A stretch of DNA of 64,000 bases from Ascidiella aspersa (lineage: Eukaryota): positions 11,470,001 to 11,534,000 of the forward strand of contig OZ004614.1 in the NCBI GenBank assembly GCA_963924565.1. Reading direction: 5' to 3'. A program made the position numbers and the translations under genes. A model generated the notes under the pieces. It was given only the letters and a program-made list of their open reading frames with translations, was not told where the DNA came from and searched no databases. Shown here one piece after another: positions 1 to 13,409 of the stretch (within the stretch, counting starts at the first letter, position 1; each line of letters opens with the position of its first letter).

Positions 1-319
1 TTAATAAAATTAACATTAAATGAAATCCGCCTCTAAACCCGATCGGACCTTACAACACGGCCCATGTGTCGCCTTTACACTTTGAAATGTTTCGCTCAAA
101 TGACCATAAACAGTGGAAAAATAGCAAAAATACACACCGCTCTTTTCTAAACCATACGACTGATTCCGCGTCAACAAACAACGATCAGCGAGTCATGTAA
201 GATAATAATGCATGCAGCAGCGAAAAATTTCGCACCTTTCGCTTTGAACTTGCAAGTATGGCGGGCAGGGAGGTCCTTCGTCTCTCCATCATATCCGACC
301 ACTTGCGGGCGTCGTTTAC

Positions 320-1134
320 CTTGCTGTTCTCCTTTATGACGTCAAGCGAGGCGCGGCGACGAGTGCGAGGGGGCTGAAAAAAAGTGGAATCATTGTCGCA
401 TTTAAAAATCGTGACTTTTAAACGAGTGAGTGTGCAAATCGACCAGAAAAATGTGAAAATCGATACTTCTAAAATTGCTTTTCAAATCAGAAGTGGAGTT
501 GAAAAAGCAGTTTAAATTCAAGGCTGTTTTGCACGAAAGCAGGGTAGTACTCAATAACTCAAGCCGGAATAAAAATTAGTATATACTGTTTGTTCGCTTA
601 TTTTGACAAAATGGGAGAAACGACAAATCGTTTCAGAAAAAATGGTGAGGGGGACACAAGAGAGAAATATTTTTACGAGATTTGGTGAGATTTGAGAAAA
701 GGGTGTCCGCGCATCGATACGCATCTTTCACTCGCGCGTTGATACTAGTGCCGAGTGTCGAATACCTTCAGATTTACCGCATTTGTTCAACTTGGCGTCT
801 TTTGGAGATAACTTGTAATGTAAGAACTGTATGAAACATACGAACTAGGGGACTTTGGTTTCAGCACGTGTTTTGCTATGCTTAATTTAATAGGTTGAGA
901 TTAACTACGTTAAAAATGTCCGGGGTGGGTGTCAAGCGAAAACTGATTTGTCCGAATTAATGAAAAAAAAATGTATCTGCTCACGTGGGTTCCATTCAGT
1001 GGTGTCGTTTTAATGTCTAGACGTAAGACTGGATCGTTTTTTTACGTTCGCTATGATGTTGTTACAGGGCGGTGGTCGAACGCGAGTCGGGCGACCGCAG
1101 AAGCGAGTTAAGCTTGAACAAACGTTACCTCCAT
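320..1134 (-). CDS. Possible first two coding exons of a gene running off the left edge (ME|PPRTRRRASLDVIKENSK)
   Basis: GCCATGGAG|GTAACG at 1134-1129 (good Kozak plus donor) and tttttttcag|54-nt open exon 373-320|GTAAAC; both phase 0. Short, so it may be coincidence. Confidence 0.3.
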
Positions 1135-1282
1135 GGCTCTTGGTAACCCTTACACGCCACAGAAGCTTAGGACTAACATTACCGTTGTATAACTCTATTA
1201 GTAGTTGATTGTCTAAACTGCCGGGCTTCAAGGGGACGATGTAAATCGAACGCCTTGTCTATTTGAATAACACAATATTTAT

Positions 1283-1460
1283 ACGTATTAAAAATATCAA
1301 AGTCTATAAAGAAGTAGGTATCATTTTGAATGTTTCCAATATTTCTTTATTCATTTTTAACATAATGTGAAGGCACCGATTCAACGTATAATCCTTAAAA
1401 TAAGTGCATTGTTCAAAATGATACCTAACTTCTGTATGGGCTTTGATGTTCTTGCCACGT
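1283..1460. repeat. Imperfect inverted repeat (foldback/MITE-like), arms about 36-45 bp
   Basis: atcaaagtctataaagaagtaggtatcattttgaa (from 1296) pairs with ttcaaaatgatacctaacttctgtatgggctttgat (from 1412). Confidence 0.65.
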
Positions 1461-4400
1461 CTTACCACAACCTTCAAACATTATGCCCCAAACAATATTT
1501 TACATAACACTATAGGCGGGACAACACCCACCACGTTCGATTTTAAAACCTCGCATTAAGACACTGTTTATTGTTAAGACAGTAAAACACGAGTAGGCTT
1601 GAAAACGAAACGTGTAGCTTCTGTCATCTTAATAAAAATGGATGATTACCGAGAAACTGGGCAGTAAATATCGGACTTACGCGTTTGGTCGGTTTCTTTT
1701 CAGTGGATTCGTCATCCACATCAGCACCAAAACATTTCTTGAAGCACAACATTAAGACCGCGGGTACCATTAAATATGTCCAACGTTAGCTGACAAAGCG
1801 ATAGCAAACACGGGCCCACATACACTATACACTACACTACACCTTGATAAAGCATATTGAACAGCAAGTGGGCACAAAACAAAGCATATTTCTTTTTGCA
1901 AAACTTTCTAACGTTTAAAAGGATGTAGCCTCTTGAAAACTATAAACGTTCAGTAAACTTGTAAATCTGCATTTGTCAAATTTAACCTCCTTTATACTAC
2001 CCTAAACAAGAACATGATGACATTTTCGGGACTTGCTTCTACATCAGGCAAATAAGGCAGCTGAAAAATTATTTGCTTCAAGCAAAACAAGATTTGCTGT
2101 AGCTAAACCCTATGAATAAACTGATTTAAGCTTTGTACGTTTTCAACTTAAATTTCTTTCTGCTGAGTGTAAAGCGACATGTTTGTTATACATCTGATTG
2201 GTTTCACAAAAGATAGAAATTTCAGTTGAATACTGGGCAAGCACTTTATTTGAGTTTCTTATTACAATGGTTCTGTAACGCAGCACTTTACGCTGTTGCT
2301 AGACTTCGCTCGGCCGAAAAACATACAAGTAACTAAATAAACCGAAAACTGGCAAAAGTTGCGTTTAAAGTAGGCCTCAGCTGCACAAAACTGCAGCATA
2401 GACACAGCAGGTAAACAGCGTTTGTGGAAGTCGCTGTTGGTGCTGCTGCTACTGCCTAGTGTGCTATGAATCACCGCGCAAAGGAAGTTGCTAATTCTTT
2501 CACATCACTTTATACAACATCGCGCACGCTCACAACGCTTCGTACTTTATTGGTGCCAGCGGCTGACTATCTCATGCGTCAACCAACGTGAGGTTGCGCG
2601 GCCTACGTAATGTTGAACCGTTACACAAGCGCCAGTGGATCATCAAGTTTACTGAATAACGTTTCCTGAAAACGGCGATGCCCAATCTGCTTGTACAACT
2701 GCGTCTTTTATAAATTATTGTATGGCGCCCGCCAACGAAACGGGGGAGGGAAGTCGAAAATGCCGCGAGGGTTTACATCAACGTTTTTTTGTGTTAATGA
2801 TTTCACAAAATGCAGCAATTGCAGTGTGTTATCACGAAATAAAAACCTTCAGAAATATGGTGAAAAGGGGATGTTCAAGTTGTGCTAATCTCAAAGGCCC
2901 GAATGATACTTCATTTCCCTTCATAGAATTGTTTAAGGTTGTTCTCGGACTAATGAAGGTCAAGCACAACTTTAACCACGAACGTGCGCTTTGCTGCGTA
3001 AATGCGAGTCAAAGGAAGGCTGGTTCGCTGCACGGGAATTGGATAAATACGCGTTTAGGCATAAAAAATGGGCCCGTGTCATTTACTTTGCGACAAAAAT
3101 GTAGTAAGCCAATAATCTGCAGAGGGGTTTACTTACACGTTTATGTTTCCTAAAACTTTCACAGTTGATTCCGTGCTTTTCAAGTGCAAAAAGTGCGCTA
3201 GAGTATTACTAGGACTTCTACTCCAGTGAAATATTTGTTAAAATAACAGAGAGATGTCACAAGCCGTAATCCAGGTGCCGCAAGCCGCAAGTGAGCAATC
3301 TTATTTGTGCTTTTTTTCTTGCCTTTTAGTTTGTCATAAGTGACACGGTCTTGACCTTGTTTTTAACTAATCCCATACTGAAGTAAAAACCGAGTTGCCA
3401 TGGGGCTTTTCGCTAATTGAAATAAGTTTTGCTAAGTAAGATAAGGCAATGTTTGATAGCACCCGTATCATCTTCATGAGCATCAGGACCTTATTTTGAA
3501 AAATATTTTTTCGGAATTTTAGTGTGACAAAAGTATTGGGCAGTTACATGAGAAAAACGTTTTTCCTGTCTTAGAAAGTATTTTCTTTATGCTCTCGGGA
3601 ATCTTTTTACTTTTGTGTTTTTAAATTTGGCCATAAAGTTATACATACAGAGGTGCCAATTTAGAAAAAAAGCGAAAATAAAAACTTGATTGGGCAGTGT
3701 TGGGCTGTAACACATCTTAGACGTATTTCTTTCCAATATGACACGAATCAGAAATATATGGTACTAAATCACGCCTCGTTTTGCAGCCCGGTAAAAGGTC
3801 CCTATCATGAGGAGAAAGGTAACGCTTTTGTCGTGCCCTGGTCCACTGTTTGCAAGCGAATTATAGCACGCAAGAGTTAGGTGAAACGCAGCTTAGCGCT
3901 TGACCGGAGGGCTTGAAAATGCGTGCAGCCAGTATTAAGGAAACACTTTTGCGTAAACAAAAAACAAATATATACGGCAAAAATTATGGCGGCTATGGTG
4001 AGTTTTAATGAGTGGCGCCAGTACAATCAGGGCGTTTTACCGCACGAAAAATAAAAAAGCATTAATTTCAGGAGGAAATATACTCTTAAAAGTAATGCAA
4101 TGAAGTACTACAAATGATGAATTTGTTTTGATTGAACTCAAACGGGTTTAAATTTATGTTTAAATGTATAAAAAAATGAATAAAAGTAAAAATAATGTTT
4201 CGTTTTTATCGCTATCTCATTTGTCTTTAAATTCGTTCGGGATAGGATGTGAATCGCAGGAATTAGCCAGATCAACGGTGACGACCGATTCCTGAAATTT
4301 CAATTCCACTGATATTGGTCCTTGCCCTCTCTGTAATGCAAGGTCGGTCGAGCCGATTCGACTGCCGAGACTGCTATGCACTCCCTTCTTGCCAATATTG

Positions 4401-4536
4401 CTTCCTGTTCGGGGCTTTGCAAATGAAGCTGCCGATTCTAGCTGCACTGGCTAGGCATTCGCGCTAAAGTGTATTGACACTAAATTGGCTTTTGCCTCAG
4501 AACATGTCACATAGTTCGACTACTGTTCCAGAATTT

Positions 4537-7500
4537 CTATTTCACGCCACATAGACTGTAGAGGTTTACAAACAAAACGTGTATGAGAAAACGTTCAGCA
4601 AGTGAGGTCTGATAGAACAAATAAAGCTTTATCTTTTTAGGACATAAGCTCCTATCAAACGCTGCAAAACACAGATAGAGGTACCAATGAAACATGTTTG
4701 TAGAACAAAGAATATTACAGACTTCCATAAAGTTTTTTAAACGACAAGAGTAAACTAAACCTATGCCTACACCAAGCATGATGCCCACTTGCTTGGCTTG
4801 CTATGAAGACGCCACCTCAACTGTGTACTGTGATGTAAGTTTTTATAAGAGCACCCTGACAATTTTTGAAACAAGGTGGTAAAATAAAATCTTCAACTGA
4901 AAAGTTTTAAACCATTTCAAAGACAATAATAACTCTAGTTAACCTTAAACTGAGTTTGATGCAGTGACGCCTACCTGGCATACACTAGACACAGTTTGAG
5001 AAGTTTGTGTGAAATACTGTATGAATATTCGAAACGTTTTTTGGGTGGATATGAACTTCTTGATGGAACCAGATTAAAAATAACACCAATAAAACAGTAC
5101 ACCGAAAGTCACACCAATAAAACAGGTGATATAATTTTAAGGATAATATATTTGTTCATGTTTTATGACATAATGCCAATATCTACTTTAAAGTTAACAA
5201 AAAATTATTTAAACAATTTTTTTTAGACCAAATTAATAGGTAAAGTTTAAACAATTAAGAATCTGGGTATTTACTCTGGGCATTGTTCCGATGTTAGTAT
5301 GAGTTTTGTACAACTCAGCAGTCTGCTTCTTCATAAGGACAACACATGGCATAAAAGCATCTGAGGTAAAAGCGAGATCAGAAAGAGAGCGTCTCATAAA
5401 ACGTTTGTTGGGTTTTGAAACTGGGCCATTCTGTGCAAAAATATAGGTTAAGACTACATAAACATCAGTAAAAGACAAGTTTTTAAAACCAGTATCACAA
5501 CTTATTAATTTTCATTTTATAAGTTACATAACAATTGAAGCAAAAAATGTTTAACAAGAAATATGTTAGTTATAGATCTCACAAAAAATACTTGATTTTG
5601 CAAACAAAGGTACAGCATACCCTGTTGTCAATGCAAAAAATAGCAAGTTTTATTTTTTGCGACCATGCATTGGAAAAATGATGTATGGTGTCATCGTAAT
5701 ACCTATTGATCACATTAAAAATTGAAATAAACCCTTTACTAAAAAAAAAATCAATCAGCAAACATTACACTTGTTAGAGGAATTATCGTATATATAATGC
5801 TCAAACTCACATAATGCAAAATAAAATTAATAATAGTCCTTTTTCTAATTCAGGGTAAAAACATGTTTGTACGCTATTACAAAATTATAGTATACAAACC
5901 TTTTCTGCAAACTTCTTAAAAGATTGTCTTCGTGGCATGTTGTCAGCATTTATAATGGAACAGCAATTTTGCTGGATCTCTATAAACAGCATCATGCCAA
6001 GTTAATATGCAAAATATAAGTTTAATAAATAGGTAAATAAACTGAAAAGTATTGGATTTTATGTTAATTTTCACCATTTTCCAGTTGTATAAAAAACTGC
6101 ATGGGTATCTCGTTTTTACTAACAAAATTTTTTTAAAAAAAATATTGGCCAATGTCTACCCATGACACCAGTATTATAAAGACTTTAAAACAATAGTTTG
6201 TGTTTGGCAATTTATCAGGCACTAGCAGTTCAGCATCAATACCACCTATTAATTGACTTGCGAATTTGCGAGACTCAATGGCTACAATTTTAAATCTTAC
6301 TCTAAAGCAGTGGTTGGCAAACTTTTTTTTGTCGCGGCCCAAAGTCATCTTTTTAGAGCGATTGAATGCCCACTATGAAACAGCGGCAGATTCAGGATAT
6401 TTGATTTTAGGGTGAAATATTATATGGCGCTTTGATGCTCAAAACACTGCTATGGCATAATGTAAAACATAGCATAAAACAAAGGTTATATGCGCGAATT
6501 GCGAAAAAATTTCGTTTAAGAGTAGTTAAAGTTGGTAAAAAATAATAGTTCGATAGGCTTTCACGACCATATTTGACTCGAAGGCCTTTCCTAGCTGAGC
6601 CAATTTAAAAATTCTATGCCAACCAAGTTTTAAAATAAACTGTAATGAATTTAGGGCTTTCATGCGGCCCACAACTACATGATAACACTAAAATATCCAA
6701 AAGTAACCCTCGGCCCGTGTTTGCTGACAATAGCTCTAAATCATATTTGATTATTTTTAATTGCAATACCTAAAAATGATAGTGAGACTGCTTTATAGTT
6801 GTGAACTACTTTCTTCAAATTATAAGCAAATATTCTAATTTATGTCAGTATCCTTTCCCACAAATAATATCAAGTATAAATGAATAAAATACGTTTAAAT
6901 ATGTATTTGCTTAGGTTGCAAAGTTGACAGCTTTTTGTCAAACTAGCAAGGACCATTCTCCAAGCTGTATTGACTTTTTTTTACCTTCAGTAGGTTTGGA
7001 AACCATCTTGGCTTGGCTCTTTCTAAAATCTTCTGTAAATTTAATTCCCAGGCACATGGAAAAGCAAACAAGCCATGGGGATATCAACCTAAAGAAAAAA
7101 AAGGTTTATCTGTTGAAAAAATGAAGTAATAATCTAAAAGATTTTTATAAACAGGGTTGGGATTTTGCACTCGCCCGATGGCAATGCGGGTACAATTCGC
7201 TCTGAGCGAGTGCTAATTGACAACCACTAGCCCGACTGGCCCTTAAGCAAAAATGTGTTGTTGTTATAACATAACACTTACTAAACTCAACTTGCGACAA
7301 ATATGTTAAATGCCACAGACCGAAGGCCAATTATTTCATAAATCACTAACAATATTTGGGTTAAATTATTGAAAAACAATTTATTAAGAAGGAAATTAAA
7401 GGACAGCTTGCTTGCATTTTTGGTGAGTGTAATTTTGTTTGGGCAAGTGCTGATTGTTAGACACTCAACTAACTGGCAAGTGCAAATGTACATTCAATGC

Positions 7501-8873
7501 CAACCCTTATAATATTTTTTTAATAAAAACTTTCAACATTTTGTCAAAAAAAATAACAACAGGAAAACATATCATTTTTGCTTTATCCATAGAAAAGCAT
7601 TATTTTGAAAAACGTGGTAAAATGTTGAGATGTAGCACTATTTTACTTTTAATTTATTTGTTTGAATAACTCATCTATTACACTTTTTAAGATCATTATT
7701 TGGAAATAACAAATAAAAACATTGAACAAAGATGGAATAAGCAGCAATGTTAAGAGATATAGTTATTGTGTCAAGATATCTCAATTGATAGCACTTTTAA
7801 GGTGCGCTTTAGCTTTTATGTAGTGTGTATCTAACAATGACAAACAACAACTTGAATTAACCTACAATCTTAAATTAGGCATACTTTTGTAAAACAATTT
7901 TAATCATATTGCCGGACTAATTTTGAGCATTGGCTGAAGGTTAGTTGGAGCAGAGAAATGTACACAAAGAGTAATTTATTGCATAGTAACAAACTGTCTA
8001 TTATTCAAGAGAGTAAATTCCTTATTGTGCCAGTATGTTGTATTTACCTGGCAGTGAAAACAGGCATAAAGTTTTCCAAGGATTTGTGTAGGTTAGTTAC
8101 CAGATGGTTATTTTTAGGAAACAAAAAACTTACCTCTCGAAATCGAAACTTGTTTTGCCATCATGCAACAAATGTGGAAAGAGGAAAAAAGCAAAACACC
8201 TTGATACGAGAATAGATAAAACAAATAATAGAGAACTGACTACACTACGGGACCAGTCAGTAAAACAGTGCTTGATTGAAAATAACGCAACAGGGAATGT
8301 TGATAAAGCACAAAGCAACAGAGTGTTTAAAAGTGAGCAAAGAGACTCTCGCTGAAAATGTATGCTCTTGCTCACAACTAAACAATCGCCAGTGTCCACT
8401 GCAGACATATTGCAACATGGTGAAAAGGTAGATTGGGAATATAACCCAAACACCGCTGAGCAGATTGTTTCCAGTGCACAACTGAAAAACATCACAGAAA
8501 TAAGTTTTAAGTCATTTGATTCCCTGGGGTTGCTTGTAGTTGTATTTGTAGTAATCAAAGGATGGTGATTTTCCTGCATATTGCTTGAATCACCTGGTAG
8601 TGGTGCATGGCGCTTCATCGTCGGTGTAAAATTGATGTGATTTTGTTGCCCGATATTGTTTTCGAAATATTTCACACCACTGCAGTTGCTCTGTACGGAA
8701 GAATTTACTGAAGAATTACTCAATTTTGAGCTATGAATTTGCAGAGTTGGTTTGCTGAGGTATAACTTGAGAATTGTCTTACACATCACTGCAGCTGTAT
8801 TTACAATCACACCCAAACCACCGATGAAGAAAAAAAAGCGCAAAGCATAATCCTCGATCGACATGCCATACAT
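4537..8873 (-). CDS. Divergent multi-pass membrane protein, possibly a degenerate rhodopsin-like 7TM/GPCR (about 475 aa in my model)
   Basis: Exon 1 8873-8134 (247-aa ORF with 4 hydrophobic segments, donor AG|GTAAGT), then phase-compatible exons 7088-6985, 5979-5900, 5430-5275, 5058-4975 and 4800-4537 (1428 nt). TM1 ends GGLGVIVN; Cys precedes TM3; no DRY or NPxxY. The last two exons are less certain, and ORF 4447-4217 may be an additional terminal exon. Confidence 0.55.
6308..6733. mobile_element. Degenerate Buster/Charlie-type MITE
   Basis: CAGTGGTTGGCAAAC...GTTTGCTGACAATAG; TSD CTCTAAAG/CTCTAAAT (7/8); GCGGCCC motifs. Confidence 0.7.
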
Positions 8874-9301
8874 CCTTGTAAGTGTTTACATGCGCAAACA
8901 GCAGGAGCGTGCACATTAGCGAAATTTTTTGGTTGTTTTCATGTGGCTTTTTTTATACTTTTTATCACAATTAAAGAAAACATATTGCCTAAACAAATAT
9001 AAAAAAACATAGCACAAAGAAATCTTGCTTCTTGCTATTCGTATCATGTTCTAAAATAACAGCTAACAAAGATAACATTGTCAAGTCAACTAGTTTCATA
9101 GAGCAAATGCTCGGTAATTTTTTTTTTGTACATACTGTGTTAATACTTACCCATTTAAAAGGTATTTTTAATAAACTTTCTATCCCATTAAAAATAAATT
9201 AATAAAATAAACAAGGCAATATTACTGTCTAACTGATAAATATTGCCTTACCATATTGCTTGACAAATCATAAACAGAAGACAGAAATCAAGTGCTCAAA
9301 G

Positions 9302-9690
9302 CAGCGGTTCCCAAACTTTTCTAAAAATTTTGCCTGGTGGACCCGTTGCAATTATTTTGAAATTTCACGGCCCAATAAAAATTCAAGGGTCAGTTGACCC
9401 ATGTTTCTTGTAGTGCACGAGTGCAATCACGATTCTTTCTAATGTAACAACTTTCTAACTAATGTGAACGATTCGCTGATAGCAGGTAGTACAGCATAAT
9501 AGATGCTTTATAATGTCACAGTAGACATCATAAAACACGCTATATTATCGAATAATAAAGCATAACTAAAGACTAATCATGTTTGAAACATGATCTAATG
9601 TTTAAAACCATTCACTAGACCTTTTGTTAAAAAACTTAAAAGGATTAAATCTCCTGAAACTGCTGTACGGACCCCAGTTTTGGCTTAAAG
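9302..9690. mobile_element. Charlie/MER5-like MITE remnant
   Basis: Starts CAGCGGTTCCCAAACTTTT...GGACCC; GGACCCCAGTTT near 9670; right TIR lost. Confidence 0.5.
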
Positions 9691-10539
9691 GCATGTTTAC
9701 AGAAAATTAACACTACCAATATTAAATACTCCTTGACCACTACGGAAAGCATGGCAAGTGCACCCGCGACATTTTCAAGATCTTTGAAAATTTTGAAGAT
9801 TTGCCATACTTTTTAAGATCTGCAATACTTTTCAGATGGCTCCTTGATTGTGGGAATGTTTTGGTAATATATTCTATAACTTGTGTATTTAGAATATTTT
9901 AGAAAAGGTAAATATATAATTAATCTATTAAGTTTACTTAAACTTGACTGTCTTTCAAGACAACACAAACTAAAACAATTGTGCTTCAAAAGCTGGGATA
10001 ATGCATCATAAAAACTGGCAAACTTTTTGTTCATTTAATATTAAATGTGCTATTAAACAAGTAGCATAAATGTAAATAATTAAAAAGGTAGTTACTTAAA
10101 AGATTAAAATTAGTTAGGTACATTCACTAAAAAAATATTTATCCTATTCAGAGAATATGTGCACTTGTGCAGAACTACCGGGATCTGCCAATTTAGGAGT
10201 CGAAGGTACTTCATATACCCTTAAGCGACTTTGTACTTTTCAAGTGTTTTAAAATTAGCCTTCAAATTAGAAGCATGTACAGCAAAACTTAATAAAGCTA
10301 AAGAAATAATATAGTTTAGAAATAGCGTGCAAACCCACAACATAATGACTGAAAGCTAGTGCAAACAAACGTTTGGCGACCTCATTTATTGCTGCCCTAA
10401 CGTACGTATTTGCCCTTCCACACACGTCAGCCATTAGCCGGGCACAGTGGCTTAGTACTAAGTACACAGAGGCACGAAAAGTACACAAACGGAGAAGTTA
10501 AAGTCCCAGTAAACTGGGAAAAGTTCAAGTAGCGCGGAC

Positions 10540-10660
10540 TGGCCGCGAATCATTTCTTTGCTGAGAAACCCAAGAAAGTGGGCCACTGTCTATGGCTACT
10601 GCGCATGCGCTCTGGACAGTCGTCGCTACAGCGTTCTCTTGCGCTACTAGTGGTACGATC
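10540..10660. promoter_or_regulatory. Candidate promoter with NRF1-type palindrome
   Basis: Local CpG-rich patch in AT-rich background containing TGCGCATGCGC (10600-10610), 1.7 kb upstream of the membrane-protein ATG. Confidence 0.4.
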
Positions 10661-10960
10661 GAAATAAACAGAGTAATACATTAATTTAAACTTTACTTCA
10701 GGGATGGGAAACCTACGACCCATTTTTTTTATTTAATATTGCTTTAGCGATGTAGGTGCTGTTACCGGTAAGAAGGCACTGGCTCTTAAGACGAGAGCCG
10801 ACGGCTGCCTATGGTCTCTAACACGTTCCTAGTAAAGACTGACTTCAAACGAACAGGCCGCTAAAATACCTTTCCTTAACACTTGAACTCTAGACAGAGT
10901 CACTTCACTCAGTTGATATTACTCGTTGAGTATATATTCACAAATCTCTGTACACACAAT

Positions 10961-11482
10961 CAGGGCCGGATTAAGGGTACTGCAGGCCTAAGGCTGTTTA
11001 CTTGAGAAGGGCCTAATTACCATAACTTACATAAGCCTAGAGCCCTAGATTAGACTAACTTAAAAACACTCACTGGATGGTTCTCAACCGCAGGACCACG
11101 TCAACTTTCACGTCGGTCCGCCAAATATATTATAATTTCATATCTCAATTGCAAAATGCAAGATGTTAAAAGCTAGTCCATCAAATTTACAACTTAGTCA
11201 GTTCCGTAATTTGCAAAAAAAACGATTTTCATTCTAACTAGGCTAGCAAAGACATATAACATATAAGTCAATTAAGTCTGCTATCTCGTAAAATAAAAAA
11301 ACGAATGTCAATAATTCAATGATGATGACAATGTGACAGGTTGCCAAACCTAATTCGCAGAATCAGAGCCACAACTGTATTAAATTTCAACTATTGAATA
11401 GAAAAAATAACTAACTGAGGGCCGAAACGTTTCCAGGGCCTAAGGCTATAGCCTTATTAGCCTAATGGTTAATCCGGCCCTG
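10961..11482. mobile_element. hAT-type MITE (522 bp)
   Basis: Perfect 14-bp TIR CAGGGCCGGATTAA; perfect 8-bp TSD CACACAAT. Confidence 0.92.
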
Positions 11483-13409
11483 CACACAATAACGTAACGC
11501 GAGAATTCAAGCCGCTAGTTTATAAGACGCATCAATTAGCGGGTGCAAGTAGAATGAATTGCGAAACGTCAAAAGCCCTCGGATCGGCGCTAGGTCACGA
11601 TTGAGTGAACATCAGTCACGTGCATAATGACGTTGAGTTTGGCAAAACAGTGGAATAAGTTACCTTCCAAAACACTAAAATTACCGGTGTAAATTTTTTT
11701 GGTAACAAAAAACAAAACTACTACCACAAAAAGATGTATTTGTTTTAATGTGGTCAGTGCATGTTGCCCACCCATGCCTTACTAAAAGCCTTCCCATATT
11801 AAACTTAAAATGCATTTGTTAGTAATAGGCAATATTTTACTACTTTAGTAATATTATGAGATACATTGTAATTTTGCAAGTAAACCATACGACAACCGTT
11901 GGGAAAATGTAACGAAGTGCAGCACCACGCGGATTGTTGTTGCTTTACCTAAATAAAATGTCTTATCTTAAATATTTTAACGGCCTTCGATAAGTGCTTG
12001 TAAATTTTCAGCGTATTACACAAAACTACTCTTTAAGCGTAAATGCTATAAACGTTGTACTTCATAAAGTAAGACACAGGTATTAGCTTCCTTCTTGTTT
12101 TTTGCGTTCCTCCGTGATACGTTGCTTATTGAAAAGTATTCGTAGCTTTTTTGCCTATTTAACATATCACTTTATCAAAAAAACAGTTTCTAATATGGGA
12201 CAAAAGAAACATGGTTTAAGTGAATATATAAAACCTACATATAATTTCAGCGAACATACGGCCTTTTTTGAACAATAAATATCATAGCTACGGCGTACCC
12301 CTTAAAATGTTTAATTAAAAAAGATGGGGTTACGGTTTGAAGCCATAGTTTTGGTTTATTTACTGCAAAAGCATAAATCTTTCGTCAAAATTCAATTTCG
12401 ACCCTTTGGCGAGTGCAAAATATTCTGACAGAACCATGGGGTACATCATCAGCACGGCTGTAGATGAACTGAAATTCACTAGAGTTACTGTAGTTGCGAC
12501 CATATCGTCACAAAGTAACGTGAAAGCTCATTTGTTACGAAACGGACAATATAGTGACTCCAAAGTAGGAGGGGGTGATTTTTAATGTCTAGCAGCAAGT
12601 CATAAGCTGTAGCCTACTTCGTAAGTTTTAACTTTTTTTCTCGCTCGTCACTTTAACGTTCGCAACGATTTCTCTAAATCACTGTTACGGAAAATTGACA
12701 CAGTGCCAGTAAGATCAACTTGCTCACGTACCCCACGAATTTCTCTCGCACACAATACGCGTACCGCAGTTTAAGAACCCCTGGTCTATGGTTTCCGATA
12801 ATTCTGGATCGGAGTCAATACCATAGTGATAGTATTAACACTCATCTGATCATGCTAGGTTAGGGTTGTATCGGTGACGACCCGATACCAAATTATAAGC
12901 AGTTTATTTATGGTAGAAGTAAATATAAATCATTCGTTCCTATTTGTGAGTTTCGGTTTGGCTGGTAAACTTCATACAAAGTTAACGCAGTAAGACAAAG
13001 GAAAAGTGCAATATTTCTCCGGAGCACGTAACTTTTTAATTCTGCAAATGCTTTTATTAATTTAGTCTGAAACATTGTAAGCATACCGACAAAAACAACC
13101 CATTGTCAACAAAATATCCATATTTGCCCATTAGTAAGTGCAGACAAACTATTTTCTGAACAATTTTGTATTGATTTTGAAAAGGTAACAGTGCAAAGCA
13201 AACGGACGCATGCAGTTATAAAATACACAATGGGGATAACAGATAAATAAAGACTTTGTCTACGCCTCAACACCACAAAATAACTTTTCAGTGATGCTTT
13301 GCTGGCCTTTTTAAGTGCTGTTATATGTATAACTATCTAGTTATTTATCGACTATAAAAACAATTGGAAAAAACTTGAAATCATACGCCCAATGGGTTAT
13401 ATCTGGTCA

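Noticed and set aside
2691-3153. 143-aa and 65-aa plus-strand ORFs
   Set aside because: No recognisable motifs or splice partners; more like promoter or intergenic sequence.
5579-5761. Possible extra exon of the membrane-protein gene
   Set aside because: The open frame needs phase 2, incompatible with the flanking phase-0 junction in my model.
10759-11611. TGTTAC...GTGAACA segment around the 10961 MITE resembling a solo LTR
   Set aside because: No convincing 4-6 bp TSD, PBS or PPT, and no second copy in the window.
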